In this document: one piece after another, positions 56,459 through 64,000 of the stretch
Layout: each line of letters begins with the position of its first letter
How positions within the stretch are numbered: position 1 is the stretch's first letter
From: a bacterium
GTDB taxonomy: Bacteria > Babelota > Babeliae > Babelales > JABJEI01
NCBI GenBank assembly: GCA_018663245.1
Contig: JABJEI010000019.1
Span: 9,129 to 73,128 of the forward strand
Direction: 5' to 3'
DNA: 64,000 nt
The notes under the pieces: generated by a model
Databases searched by the model: none
Told to the model about the DNA's origin: nothing
The model's input: only the letters and a program-made list of their open reading frames with translations
Made by a program: the position numbers and the translations under genes

Positions 56459-59400
56459 ATTTGTCTTTTTTATCCTTCTTAAGTTCTTTGCGAAGGTCGT
56501 CTATCTGCGCTTGCATATCTTCAAATCTCGCTTGAACACCCTCATAACGCTCCTTCATATCTTCATTATCATTGCTCAATTCTTGAACAGCCTTAATAAG
56601 TGGCGTAACCAATTCTGCGTAACAAATACTATAATAACCCAATTCAGAATTTGGACGATTCACTGCAAAATCTGGGTGACCATGCCGCATTGCCACCTCA
56701 TCAAGCTCTTGCCCTATCAAACCGTACCTTTGTTTATCACCTTCACCTGCAATAAGGTGATAGCTAACGGTATTTAAATCATTAATAAACTCTAGGCCTA
56801 AATTAGATGGCTCGATATCGCGCTTCAAACGTTTATCAGAAGAAGCGGCCCATGCTGTTGCCCCATTTGTCAGCTTTACACCACCACTTGTATTGCTAAC
56901 CTCAAGCTCATCATCTCCAGAGTCGTACCACATTCCAACGTCAACTCCGTTAGTAAAGGAATAAGCTGGTGTTGATATGGTTCCATCCGTAGCACGCACA
57001 TAACCACTAGCACCATTTAAGGTCAAAACTCCAACAGAACTTAATGCCATTTTTTCTGTTGAATGCGTTGCTCCAACGGCAGTCTTAAATGACAATTTAG
57101 TCGCATGATCGGAACCGGTGTGCCTACTCTCTGCAACAGCCTCAATCGCAGCAACATCATGCTCTCCCAAGCTTTCAGCTGGCGTGTAAAAATCAATAAT
57201 ACCTATCTTATCATCAACCCTAATGTCCGACTCTCCACTGTAAAATCCCAAATATGCTGGCGAATCGTCTCCTGAAGCAGTGTGCTTTATTATTAAGCCC
57301 TTATCAGGATCATGAATAAGACGAACTTCACTATCGGCACCAAACCGAATCACAGAGTTATCTGAACCCAGAACAATGTCATCTACAAATGTCACAACTC
57401 CATCTGAAGCTATAGTCATTGCTGTGGCAGCATTAGCAGAACCAATTGTTCCACCATCCTTGATCTTTATATCGTCAACAAAGGCCACAATACCATCTGA
57501 AGCTATAGTTATTGAACTCGTAGCGCTGGCAGAACCAATTGTGCCGGCATCAGGAATCACTATCGAGCCGCTACCACCATTTAGTGTCAAAACACCAACC
57601 GAGCTTAAAGCCATTTTTTCTGTTGAATGCGTTGCTCCAGCTGCAGTTTTAAACGACAATTTAGTTGCATGATCTGAACCTGTATGCCTACTTTCTGCAA
57701 CAGCCTCAATCGCAGCAACATCATGCTCTCCCAAGGTTTCAGCTGGCGTATAAAAATCAATAATACCAATCTTGTCATCAACTCTAATGTCCGACTCTCC
57801 ACTATAAAAACCCAAATATGCAGGCGAGTCGTCTCCTGAAGCTGTATGCTTTATTATCAGGCCCTTATCAGGATCATGAACAAGATGAACTTCACTATCG
57901 GCACCAAAACGAATAACAGAATTATCTGAACCCATAACAATGTCATCAACAAATGTCACAACTCCATCTGAGGCTATAGTCATTGCTGTATCGGCACTGG
58001 CTGAACCAATCGTTCCACCATCTTTAATTTTGATATCATCGATAAAGGTTGCGATGCCATCCGAAGCTATAGTTATTGCAGCAGAAGTAGTGGCCGAACC
58101 AATCGTTCCGCCATCAGGAATTACTATCGCCCCACTGCTACCATTCAATGTAAGCACGCCGGTTGAGCTAAGCGACATCTTCTCTGCCGCAGCCTCAGAT
58201 GCCGCTGTTTTAAACGACAACTTAGTAGGATTATTTGTAGCGCCAAAAGTAGCCTCTGCAACAGCTTCAATCCCGGCCGCAACCAACACAGCATCCGCCC
58301 CTGTTTCACCTATTGCCTGAAAATCAACTACGCCAATTTTATCATTAACAGCAACAATTGCTTCATCACTTTGGAGGGTAAGAGAAACAGGCTTTGCCGC
58401 ACCTGTAGCAGCATGCTTTAATATAAGACCCTTATCAGCGTTATGAGCAAGCTCAACTTCTTGGTCATTGCCAAAATAGATGACGCCACCATCGGCTAAG
58501 TACAAGTCACTCCACTCAAGACTAGCGCTACCCAAAGCCGCTGAATCAGCCGAAGCCGGTGCTAAAGCACCAGTAAATGTAATACCATCAGAGAAAGTCA
58601 CAATTCCGTCAGAAGCTATAGTTATTGCAGCAGGAGTAGTCATCGAGCCAATCGTTCCACCATCCTTAATCTTGATATCATCGACAAAAGTTACAATGCC
58701 ATCCAAAGCGATTGCTATTGCTGTAGCAGCGCTAGTTGAACCGATCGTTCCACTATCTTTAATTTTGATATCATCGACAAAGGTTACGATGCCATCAGAA
58801 GCTATAGTTATTGCAGCAGAAGTAGTGGCCGAACCAATCGTTCCGCCATCAGGAATCACTATCGCCCCACTGCCACCATTGAGCGTAAGCACACCGATTG
58901 AACTAAGTTTCATCTTCTCAGCGGCAGCTTCTGATGCTGCTGTTTTGAATGACAGCTTGGTAGGATTATTTGTAGCGTCAAAGGTAGCTTCTGCAACAGC
59001 TTCAATCCCGGCAGAAACTAGAACAGCATCAGCTCCTGTTTCACCTATTGCCTGGAAGTCAATGACACCGATTTTATCGGAAGCATCAATAATTGCCTCA
59101 TTACTTTGGAGGGTAAGATATACAGGCGTGTTCGAACCCGAAGCAGCGTGCTTTAATATAAGACCCCTATCAGCAACATGGGTTAAGGTAATTTCTTGGT
59201 CACTACCAAAATATACAATCCCACCATCTGCTAAAAACAGATCACTCCACTCAAGGCTAGCGCTACCCAAAGCCGCACCATCTGCCGAAGCCGGCGCTAA
59301 AGCACCAGTAAATGTAACACCACCAGAACCAGACTTAAGTGCAACTTGTGTTGTACCGTTTGTATTACCTATAGTAATCGTTCTATTAGCCGCACCTGTA

Positions 59401-60134
59401 CCAATATTAATGGCCTGAGCATCCGCATCGTTACCTACATTAATTGCACCACTAGTAGAGTTCAAAGACATAGCACCGGTACAATCAAGATCTATTGTCG
59501 TTGCAGAAGACAGCGTTGTTGTACCTGTTCCACCAAGCACAAATGATGCAGTTCCGTCAGTAAGAGTCAAAGCGTCACCCGACGTAAGCGTGATAGCTGT
59601 TGAAGTAGCTGTAAATGCAGTGTTACCTGGGGAACCAAGCGCCAATGTTCCAGTGCCGTGAGGGTATATCGTTATGTTTTCATTGTCAGCAATGGTGGCA
59701 ATACTAATATCACTTGTAGTATTAATATGCCATCTACTACCCAATAGCGAACGTGAGTATGCATTTAAATTATCGCTAACAATACGCAAAACTGCGTCAT
59801 CTTCGATGCAGTCATGATGATTCTGAAGCAACTCCTGACAGCCATCAATAGCATCCAAAAGAACTTCCATTTCTATCATATGCTTGCCACGTTTAACGCA
59901 TTCAAAAAGCTCGCTAACAGCTTCTGGAATCTCGAGACCGCGACAAGCACGTTCTAGAACCATAACAGCTGGAGCTATATCAGAACCATCAGGCAGAACC
60001 AAGCAAATCTTGCATGAATAGTAATCACTAAATGAATTGTATGAATCCGAACCTTGTACAGCCTTTAATAGTCCTACCGGAAGCAAAAACGATACCAACA
60101 ACAATGCTCTTATTGTACGCGCCGCTGTCTTCAT
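56457..60134 (-). CDS. Secreted repeat-rich fibre protein A (1,225 aa) with C-terminal Peptidase S74-like intramolecular chaperone domain
   Basis: AAGGAG Shine-Dalgarno sequence. Signal peptide MKTAARTIRALLLVSFLLPVGLLKAVQG. Gly/Thr/Ala/Ile-rich beta-type repeats. C-terminal 128 aa start with SSDKRLKRDI..GL.FINDL..VSY......YGLIGQELDEV (Ser-x5-Lys dyad spacing as in endosialidase/tail-fibre chaperone domains) and end in a coiled-coil tail. Confidence 0.85.
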   Translation of the reverse strand: MKTAARTIRALLLVSFLLPVGLLKAVQGSDSYNSFSDYYSCKICLVLPDGSDIAPAVMVLERACRGLEIPEAVSELFECVKRGKHMIEMEVLLDAIDGCQELLQNHHDCIEDDAVLRIVSDNLNAYSRSLLGSRWHINTTSDISIATIADNENITIYPHGTGTLALGSPGNTAFTATSTAITLTSGDALTLTDGTASFVLGGTGTTTLSSATTIDLDCTGAMSLNSTSGAINVGNDADAQAINIGTGAANRTITIGNTNGTTQVALKSGSGGVTFTGALAPASADGAALGSASLEWSDLFLADGGIVYFGSDQEITLTHVADRGLILKHAASGSNTPVYLTLQSNEAIIDASDKIGVIDFQAIGETGADAVLVSAGIEAVAEATFDATNNPTKLSFKTAASEAAAEKMKLSSIGVLTLNGGSGAIVIPDGGTIGSATTSAAITIASDGIVTFVDDIKIKDSGTIGSTSAATAIAIALDGIVTFVDDIKIKDGGTIGSMTTPAAITIASDGIVTFSDGITFTGALAPASADSAALGSASLEWSDLYLADGGVIYFGNDQEVELAHNADKGLILKHAATGAAKPVSLTLQSDEAIVAVNDKIGVVDFQAIGETGADAVLVAAGIEAVAEATFGATNNPTKLSFKTAASEAAAEKMSLSSTGVLTLNGSSGAIVIPDGGTIGSATTSAAITIASDGIATFIDDIKIKDGGTIGSASADTAMTIASDGVVTFVDDIVMGSDNSVIRFGADSEVHLVHDPDKGLIIKHTASGDDSPAYLGFYSGESDIRVDDKIGIIDFYTPAETLGEHDVAAIEAVAESRHTGSDHATKLSFKTAAGATHSTEKMALSSVGVLTLNGGSGSIVIPDAGTIGSASATSSITIASDGIVAFVDDIKIKDGGTIGSANAATAMTIASDGVVTFVDDIVLGSDNSVIRFGADSEVRLIHDPDKGLIIKHTASGDDSPAYLGFYSGESDIRVDDKIGIIDFYTPAESLGEHDVAAIEAVAESRHTGSDHATKLSFKTAVGATHSTEKMALSSVGVLTLNGASGYVRATDGTISTPAYSFTNGVDVGMWYDSGDDELEVSNTSGGVKLTNGATAWAASSDKRLKRDIEPSNLGLEFINDLNTVSYHLIAGEGDKQRYGLIGQELDEVAMRHGHPDFAVNRPNSELGYYSICYAELVTPLIKAVQELSNDNEDMKERYEGVQARFEDMQAQIDDLRKELKKDKKDK
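57011..58138 (-). repeat. Two tandem 564-bp (188-aa) in-frame repeats inside fibre gene A
   Basis: Landmark gccattttttctgttgaatgcgttgctcc occurs at 57046 and 57610. The copies are roughly 90% identical by eye. Confidence 0.85.
58081..59330 (-). repeat. Two tandem 735-bp (245-aa) in-frame repeats inside fibre gene A, containing 93-bp (31-aa) sub-repeats
   Basis: Landmark gcagaagtagtggccgaaccaatcgttccgccatcagg occurs at 58081 and 58816. The 31-aa unit D(G/S)GTIGS...ITIASDGIVTFVDDIKIK is repeated three times around 58590-58850. Confidence 0.85.
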
Positions 60135-60276
60135 GAACTCTCCTTTGTATCCTATTTTTTAACAAAGTCACATTATAAGAAACATAAAAATAGAGCAATA
60201 GCTTTATGTTTCTGTGTAAAAGCGCAAGAAAATATTGTAAATCACGAGTTCATTGTCAAAATAAACCACCGGAGCC

Positions 60277-60351
60277 CGGTTTAAGGCCTGGTGGAATAAT
60301 AGAAGAAATCACAGTACTAGAAGCGTAAAGTATATCCACAACCTTAGTTAA
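60277..60351 (+). pseudogene. Relic copy of the last 25 codons (including stop) of the 408-aa gene
   Basis: cggtttaaggcctggtggaataatagaagaaatcacagtactagaagcgtaaagtatatccacaaccttagttaa compared with 56313-56387 shows a few substitutions. No upstream ORF is attached. Confidence 0.85.
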
Positions 60352-60366
60352 AATTAGCACACAAAA

Positions 60367-60388
60367 GGGGCGCCTTTTCGGACGCCCC
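60367..60388. terminator. Terminator hairpin after fibre gene B (truncated copy of the 56401-56458 palindrome)
   Basis: ggggcgcc-ttttc-ggacgcccc. The outer 18 nt of the left arm are absent here. Confidence 0.65.
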
Positions 60389-60404
60389 TCGCTGTTGACC
60401 AGCC

Positions 60405-63400
60405 TTATTTGTCTTTTTTATCCTTCTTAAGCTTTTTACGCAGGTCGTCTATCTGCGCTTGCATACTTTCATATTGCGCTTGAACGGCCTCATAACGTGT
60501 TTGCATGTCTTCATACATTACTTGTGTATCTTCAGACCTGCTACTTAACTCCTGAACAGACCTTATCAGTGGAGCTATTAAGCTCGAATAAGCAACGCCA
60601 TACTTTTCGGACTCGCCACCAGGACGGTGAATTCCCGCAAAGTCAGGATGCCCATGCCGCGTTACCACCTCTTCAAGCTCTTGAGCAATTAAGCCATACG
60701 ATGCTTTAGGATTTTTACCAGAAATTCTACGGTAACTAACAGGGTTTAAATCATTGATAAAATCAAGACCCAAATCCGACATCATGATATCGCGCTTTAA
60801 GCATCTATCAGAAGACTCAAAGAAGCCTGTCGAACTGTAAACAGCAGACCAACCAGCTGAAGAGCTTCCAGACTTATAAAGGTTATCACCGGAAGGTAAA
60901 ACATCACTTCTAACCGTAATCGTATCAACCGCGGTATCACCGATGTCCATCATTTTAGTTAACGTACCGTCTGTCCGGGCTGTGTAAAAAATCAAAGAAC
61001 CATCCTCAGCTCCGCTTGTTGCTGTTTTTACCTTAGCCTCAACTCTTGCAAACTCTTGGTTGTTTTGTAGCGTATCATCAGCATAAAACTCAATTGTACC
61101 TGACAAGTCACCAGCTGCACCAGCTGCACCCTTATCCATCACAAAACGGAACTTGGCCGCTGCTGTGTCGTTGGTTGTGTTTTTCAACTCAAACAATGGT
61201 TTTGATGCTGTAGCACTATCGATAATTACCGATGGCGTTGTAGCAAGTACGGCAACCGTCGAGGTAAAGTCAACTGTTGGCGCAACCACATCAAGCTTTG
61301 TATCAGCATCAATATCTAATTGACCGTCAGCGCTTGAAGCTATTGAAATCGCTGAATCTCGGAACTGCAATGCCATAGCGTCATTCAAGCGAACACCCGT
61401 GTCAGCAATATGAGTTAGCTTTACATCCTGATCATTGCCCAAGTTTATAACACTACCATCAGCTAAGAACAGGTCGCTCCATTCAAGGGTTGCTGAGCCA
61501 AGTGCCGCAGCATCTGCTACCGAAGGAACAACACTACCTTTAACTGTCAGAACACCGGTTGAACTGAGCGACATCTTCTCTGCCGCAGCTTCTGATGCTG
61601 CTGTTTTAAACGACAGCTTGGTTGCATTGTTAGCAATTCCAAACGTTCCTTCTGAAACCGCTTCAATACCAGCTGCGATCAAAATTGCATCTGTTCCACC
61701 CGCCTCATCTGGCGCTTGGAAGTCTATTGCGCCAATTACATCACTGACCACAACCGCAGTTGAACCTGTCTGAAGTGTAAGGATCATCGGTGTATTAGCA
61801 GCTGTAGCAACACGCTTGAAGTCAAGCCCATCAGTTGCAGAGTCATGAGTTATCGTCGCATCTGAAGTAGCACCAAAACTTAGAACTGCACTATCTGAAG
61901 CCAAGGAAACATCATCGCCAACCCAAAGATCAGCTGCAACACCAAGGCCACCACCAACTGTCAAAGCACCTGTAGTCGAAGAGCTTGATGCTGTTGTAGC
62001 AGTCACAGCAACTACACCACCCGAGGATATAGAAATCGCATCTGGATCACCAGCAGAACCAATGGTTCCCGCATTCTTGATGAGAACATCATCTACAAAT
62101 GTTACTACTCCATCAGAAGCTATAGTTATAGCAGCAGGAGTAGTGGCCGAACCAATCGTTCCGCCGTCTGTAATTTTCAATGCTACTACACCATCAGAAG
62201 CTATAGTTATGGCATCAGTTGTGCCAACCGAACCAATCGTTCCACTATTGGGAATTATTATCGAACCACTGCCACCATTAAGTGTAAGTACACCGGTTGA
62301 ACTAAGCCTCATTTTTTCTGCGGCGGCTTCTGATGCTGCTGTTTTAAATGATAACTTGGTAGCATTGTTGGCCGCACCAAATGTTCCTTCTGAAACCGCT
62401 TCAATACCAGCTGCGATCAAAATTGAATCTGTTCCACCGGCCTCATCAGGCGCTTGGAAATCTATGGCACCAATAACATCACTTGCCACAACCGCCGTTG
62501 ATCCAGTTTGCAAGGTAAGAATCATTGGCGTGTTAGCACTTGTAGCAACACGTTTGAAGTCAAGGCCATCAGTTGCAGTGTCATGAGTTATTGTTGCATC
62601 TTGCGTATTACCCAAGCTTATTGCTGCACCATCGGCTAAGAATAGATCGCTCCACTCAAGGGCCGCACTGCCCAATGCACTACCATCGGCTGAATTTGGC
62701 GTTAATGCACCACCAACCTTCATTGCGCCGCTTACGTTCACCTCTGAGGAGGCGTTAATGTCAACTGTTGGCGCAGTTATTTCAATTTCTGTATCTGCAT
62801 CAATATCAAGTTGTCCATCTGCGCTTGAGCTTATCTTTAATGCGCTATCGCGGAACTGAAGCTCTCTTGAGCTGTTGAGCAATAAACCAGTATCAGCTAC
62901 ATGTGTCAACGTTACATCTTGATCATTGCCAAAACCCAACACGGCACCATCACCAAGATACAGGTCGCTCCACTCAAGATCTGTTATTCCAAGTGAATAA
63001 GTGTTTGCATCTGAAGGAACAAGACTACCTCTAAAGGTGGCCATCAAGTTGCCAGACATCCCAAGATCCATCGTCAAAGTCTCGGTACCAGCTATCATAG
63101 TGTAGAAGGCTAAAGCACCATCTTCTGTTGTGCTTGTAGGATCTTTAATCCGAGCCTGAACACGAGCATACGTTGTCTGATTACTTGCTGAATCTTCACC
63201 GTCAAAATAAATACCTGCTAAGAAGTCATTAGCTGCTGGACTTGAACTGTTGTTATGCATCTTAACTTGAGGGTATGGGCCCGAACCACTGTCGCCAACC
63301 TGTGTAATTGCCATTCCACCAGTACCAAGATTTACGTTGACCGCTGTTGAACCGGTCGTATTACCAATAGTAATCGTTCGAGCTGCTGCACCTGTACCAA

Positions 63401-64000
63401 CATTAATGTTCTGCGCAACCGCATCTGTTCCGATGCCAATTGTTGACGCGGAATCAATTGTTAAAGCACCACCAGCATCTATATCAACTGTGCTGCTTGG
63501 AGTTATCGCAATGGTTGTCATGCCAGTTTCTGATAAAGCTCCTGCACCATCAAAGTCCAAGGTCGCAACATCATCACCGTATTTACTTACTCCAGCACCT
63601 TGCATGGTCAATGTACCGCTTGGTGTAACCGTAAAGTTAGTCATACCAGCTTCTGTTACAGCACCGGCACCATCAAAGTCCCAGGTTGCAACATCATCAC
63701 CGTACTTACTGACTCCAGCACCTTGCATGGTCAATGTACCGCTTGGCGTTACTGTTAAATTTGTCATACCAGTTTCTGTTACAGCACCGGCACCATCAAA
63801 GTCCCAGGTTGCAACATCGTCACCGTATACACTTGCTCCAGTACCCTTAACGCTCATCGTTGCGCCATCAATTGTAACTGCGCCTGTTGCATTCACATCA
63901 AAGGCTGCTGTAGCAATCTGAACTTCAGTATCGGCTGAAACATCTAATTGTCCATCTGCACTAGACCAAATTTTGAGAGCGCTATCACGGAACTGAAGTT
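60405..64000 (-). CDS. Repeat-rich fibre protein B (more than 1,198 aa; 5' end beyond the window) with C-terminal Peptidase S74-like chaperone domain
   Basis: The frame stays open to position 64000 (..LQFRDSALKIWSSADGQLDVSADTEV.. precedes the tracked GTG). Shares ALGSA.LEWSDL(F/Y)LADG, KLSFKTAASEAAAEKM.LSSTGVLT and GTIGS modules with protein A. C-terminal SSDRCLKRDI..GLDFINDL..VSY..YGLIAQELEEV. Confidence 0.85.
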   Translation of the reverse strand, partial: LQFRDSALKIWSSADGQLDVSADTEVQIATAAFDVNATGAVTIDGATMSVKGTGASVYGDDVATWDFDGAGAVTETGMTNLTVTPSGTLTMQGAGVSKYGDDVATWDFDGAGAVTEAGMTNFTVTPSGTLTMQGAGVSKYGDDVATLDFDGAGALSETGMTTIAITPSSTVDIDAGGALTIDSASTIGIGTDAVAQNINVGTGAAARTITIGNTTGSTAVNVNLGTGGMAITQVGDSGSGPYPQVKMHNNSSSPAANDFLAGIYFDGEDSASNQTTYARVQARIKDPTSTTEDGALAFYTMIAGTETLTMDLGMSGNLMATFRGSLVPSDANTYSLGITDLEWSDLYLGDGAVLGFGNDQDVTLTHVADTGLLLNSSRELQFRDSALKISSSADGQLDIDADTEIEITAPTVDINASSEVNVSGAMKVGGALTPNSADGSALGSAALEWSDLFLADGAAISLGNTQDATITHDTATDGLDFKRVATSANTPMILTLQTGSTAVVASDVIGAIDFQAPDEAGGTDSILIAAGIEAVSEGTFGAANNATKLSFKTAASEAAAEKMRLSSTGVLTLNGGSGSIIIPNSGTIGSVGTTDAITIASDGVVALKITDGGTIGSATTPAAITIASDGVVTFVDDVLIKNAGTIGSAGDPDAISISSGGVVAVTATTASSSSTTGALTVGGGLGVAADLWVGDDVSLASDSAVLSFGATSDATITHDSATDGLDFKRVATAANTPMILTLQTGSTAVVVSDVIGAIDFQAPDEAGGTDAILIAAGIEAVSEGTFGIANNATKLSFKTAASEAAAEKMSLSSTGVLTVKGSVVPSVADAAALGSATLEWSDLFLADGSVINLGNDQDVKLTHIADTGVRLNDAMALQFRDSAISIASSADGQLDIDADTKLDVVAPTVDFTSTVAVLATTPSVIIDSATASKPLFELKNTTNDTAAAKFRFVMDKGAAGAAGDLSGTIEFYADDTLQNNQEFARVEAKVKTATSGAEDGSLIFYTARTDGTLTKMMDIGDTAVDTITVRSDVLPSGDNLYKSGSSSAGWSAVYSSTGFFESSDRCLKRDIMMSDLGLDFINDLNPVSYRRISGKNPKASYGLIAQELEEVVTRHGHPDFAGIHRPGGESEKYGVAYSSLIAPLIRSVQELSSRSEDTQVMYEDMQTRYEAVQAQYESMQAQIDDLRKKLKKDKKDK
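63470..63840 (-). repeat. Three tandem 123-bp (41-aa) repeats in fibre gene B
   Basis: Landmark ccagcaccttgcatggtcaatgtaccgcttgg occurs at 63592 and 63715. Encoded unit: GAGVSKYGDDVATWDFDGAGAVTE.GMTN.TVTPSGTLTMQ. Confidence 0.8.

Noticed and set aside
57376-59546. Plus-strand ORFs of 98-312 aa inside fibre gene A (57376-57672, 57940-58320, 58480-59418, 59346-59546); similar ones occur in gene B (61435-61773, 62062-62586, 63337-63921).
   Set aside because: They are antisense shadows of the repetitive, stop-poor minus-strand genes. They have low-complexity Ala/Ser/Pro/Val translations, no Shine-Dalgarno sequences or signal features, and they mirror the same repeat periodicity.
53038-64000. The fibre genes being part of a prophage or tailocin.
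   Set aside because: No capsid, portal, terminase, sheath, tube, baseplate, lysis or integrase genes occur in the 11 kb available. The neighbours are dnaK and a secreted orphan. This cannot be excluded for sequence beyond 64000, as flagged in the finding.

Overview
This is 64 kb of a moderately AT-rich bacterial chromosome. I found no rRNA or tRNA genes, CRISPR array, transposase or prophage backbone. All calls rest on motifs read from the supplied translations and on by-eye nucleotide comparison; no searches were run.

There are about 58 protein-coding genes, in three groups.

1. Conserved housekeeping genes. These are ileS (3' part), rplI-dnaB, ruvC, dnaN-recF, a XerC/D-family recombinase, archaeal-type proS, mazG-like plus ppa, carD and dnaK. 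There is also a tightly packed 10-kb co-directional block: miaA, SPOR protein, ppiD-like, recA, infC, rpmI, rplT, zapB-like, zapA, rny, ymdB-like, eamA.

2. Many lineage-specific ORFs with N-terminal signal peptides and no domain I recognise.
- A seven-gene same-strand island lies between carD and dnaK.
- Three tandem paralogues lie downstream of the recombinase.
- A ~1,830-aa tail-anchored coiled-coil protein is present.
- A 930-aa secreted protein carries an HPD-less J-like domain.

3. Two tandem secreted fibre genes of more than 1,100 aa at the right end.
- They are built from nested in-frame repeats.
- Each ends in a phage-tailspike-type self-cleaving chaperone (Peptidase S74-like) domain.
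- No other phage genes are visible.

Five intergenic regions and one coding sequence carry a mosaic, hairpin-forming repeat family whose stems show compensatory substitutions. A repeat-containing surface-protein gene is broken by a 1-nt loss in a homopolymer tract.

The gene content includes Lnt-like, PpiD-like, SPOR and pseudopilin genes, RNase Y/YmdB and a PmtA-like methyltransferase. Together with the load of orphan secreted proteins, it suggests a diderm, probably host-associated and poorly characterised lineage. That is inference only.
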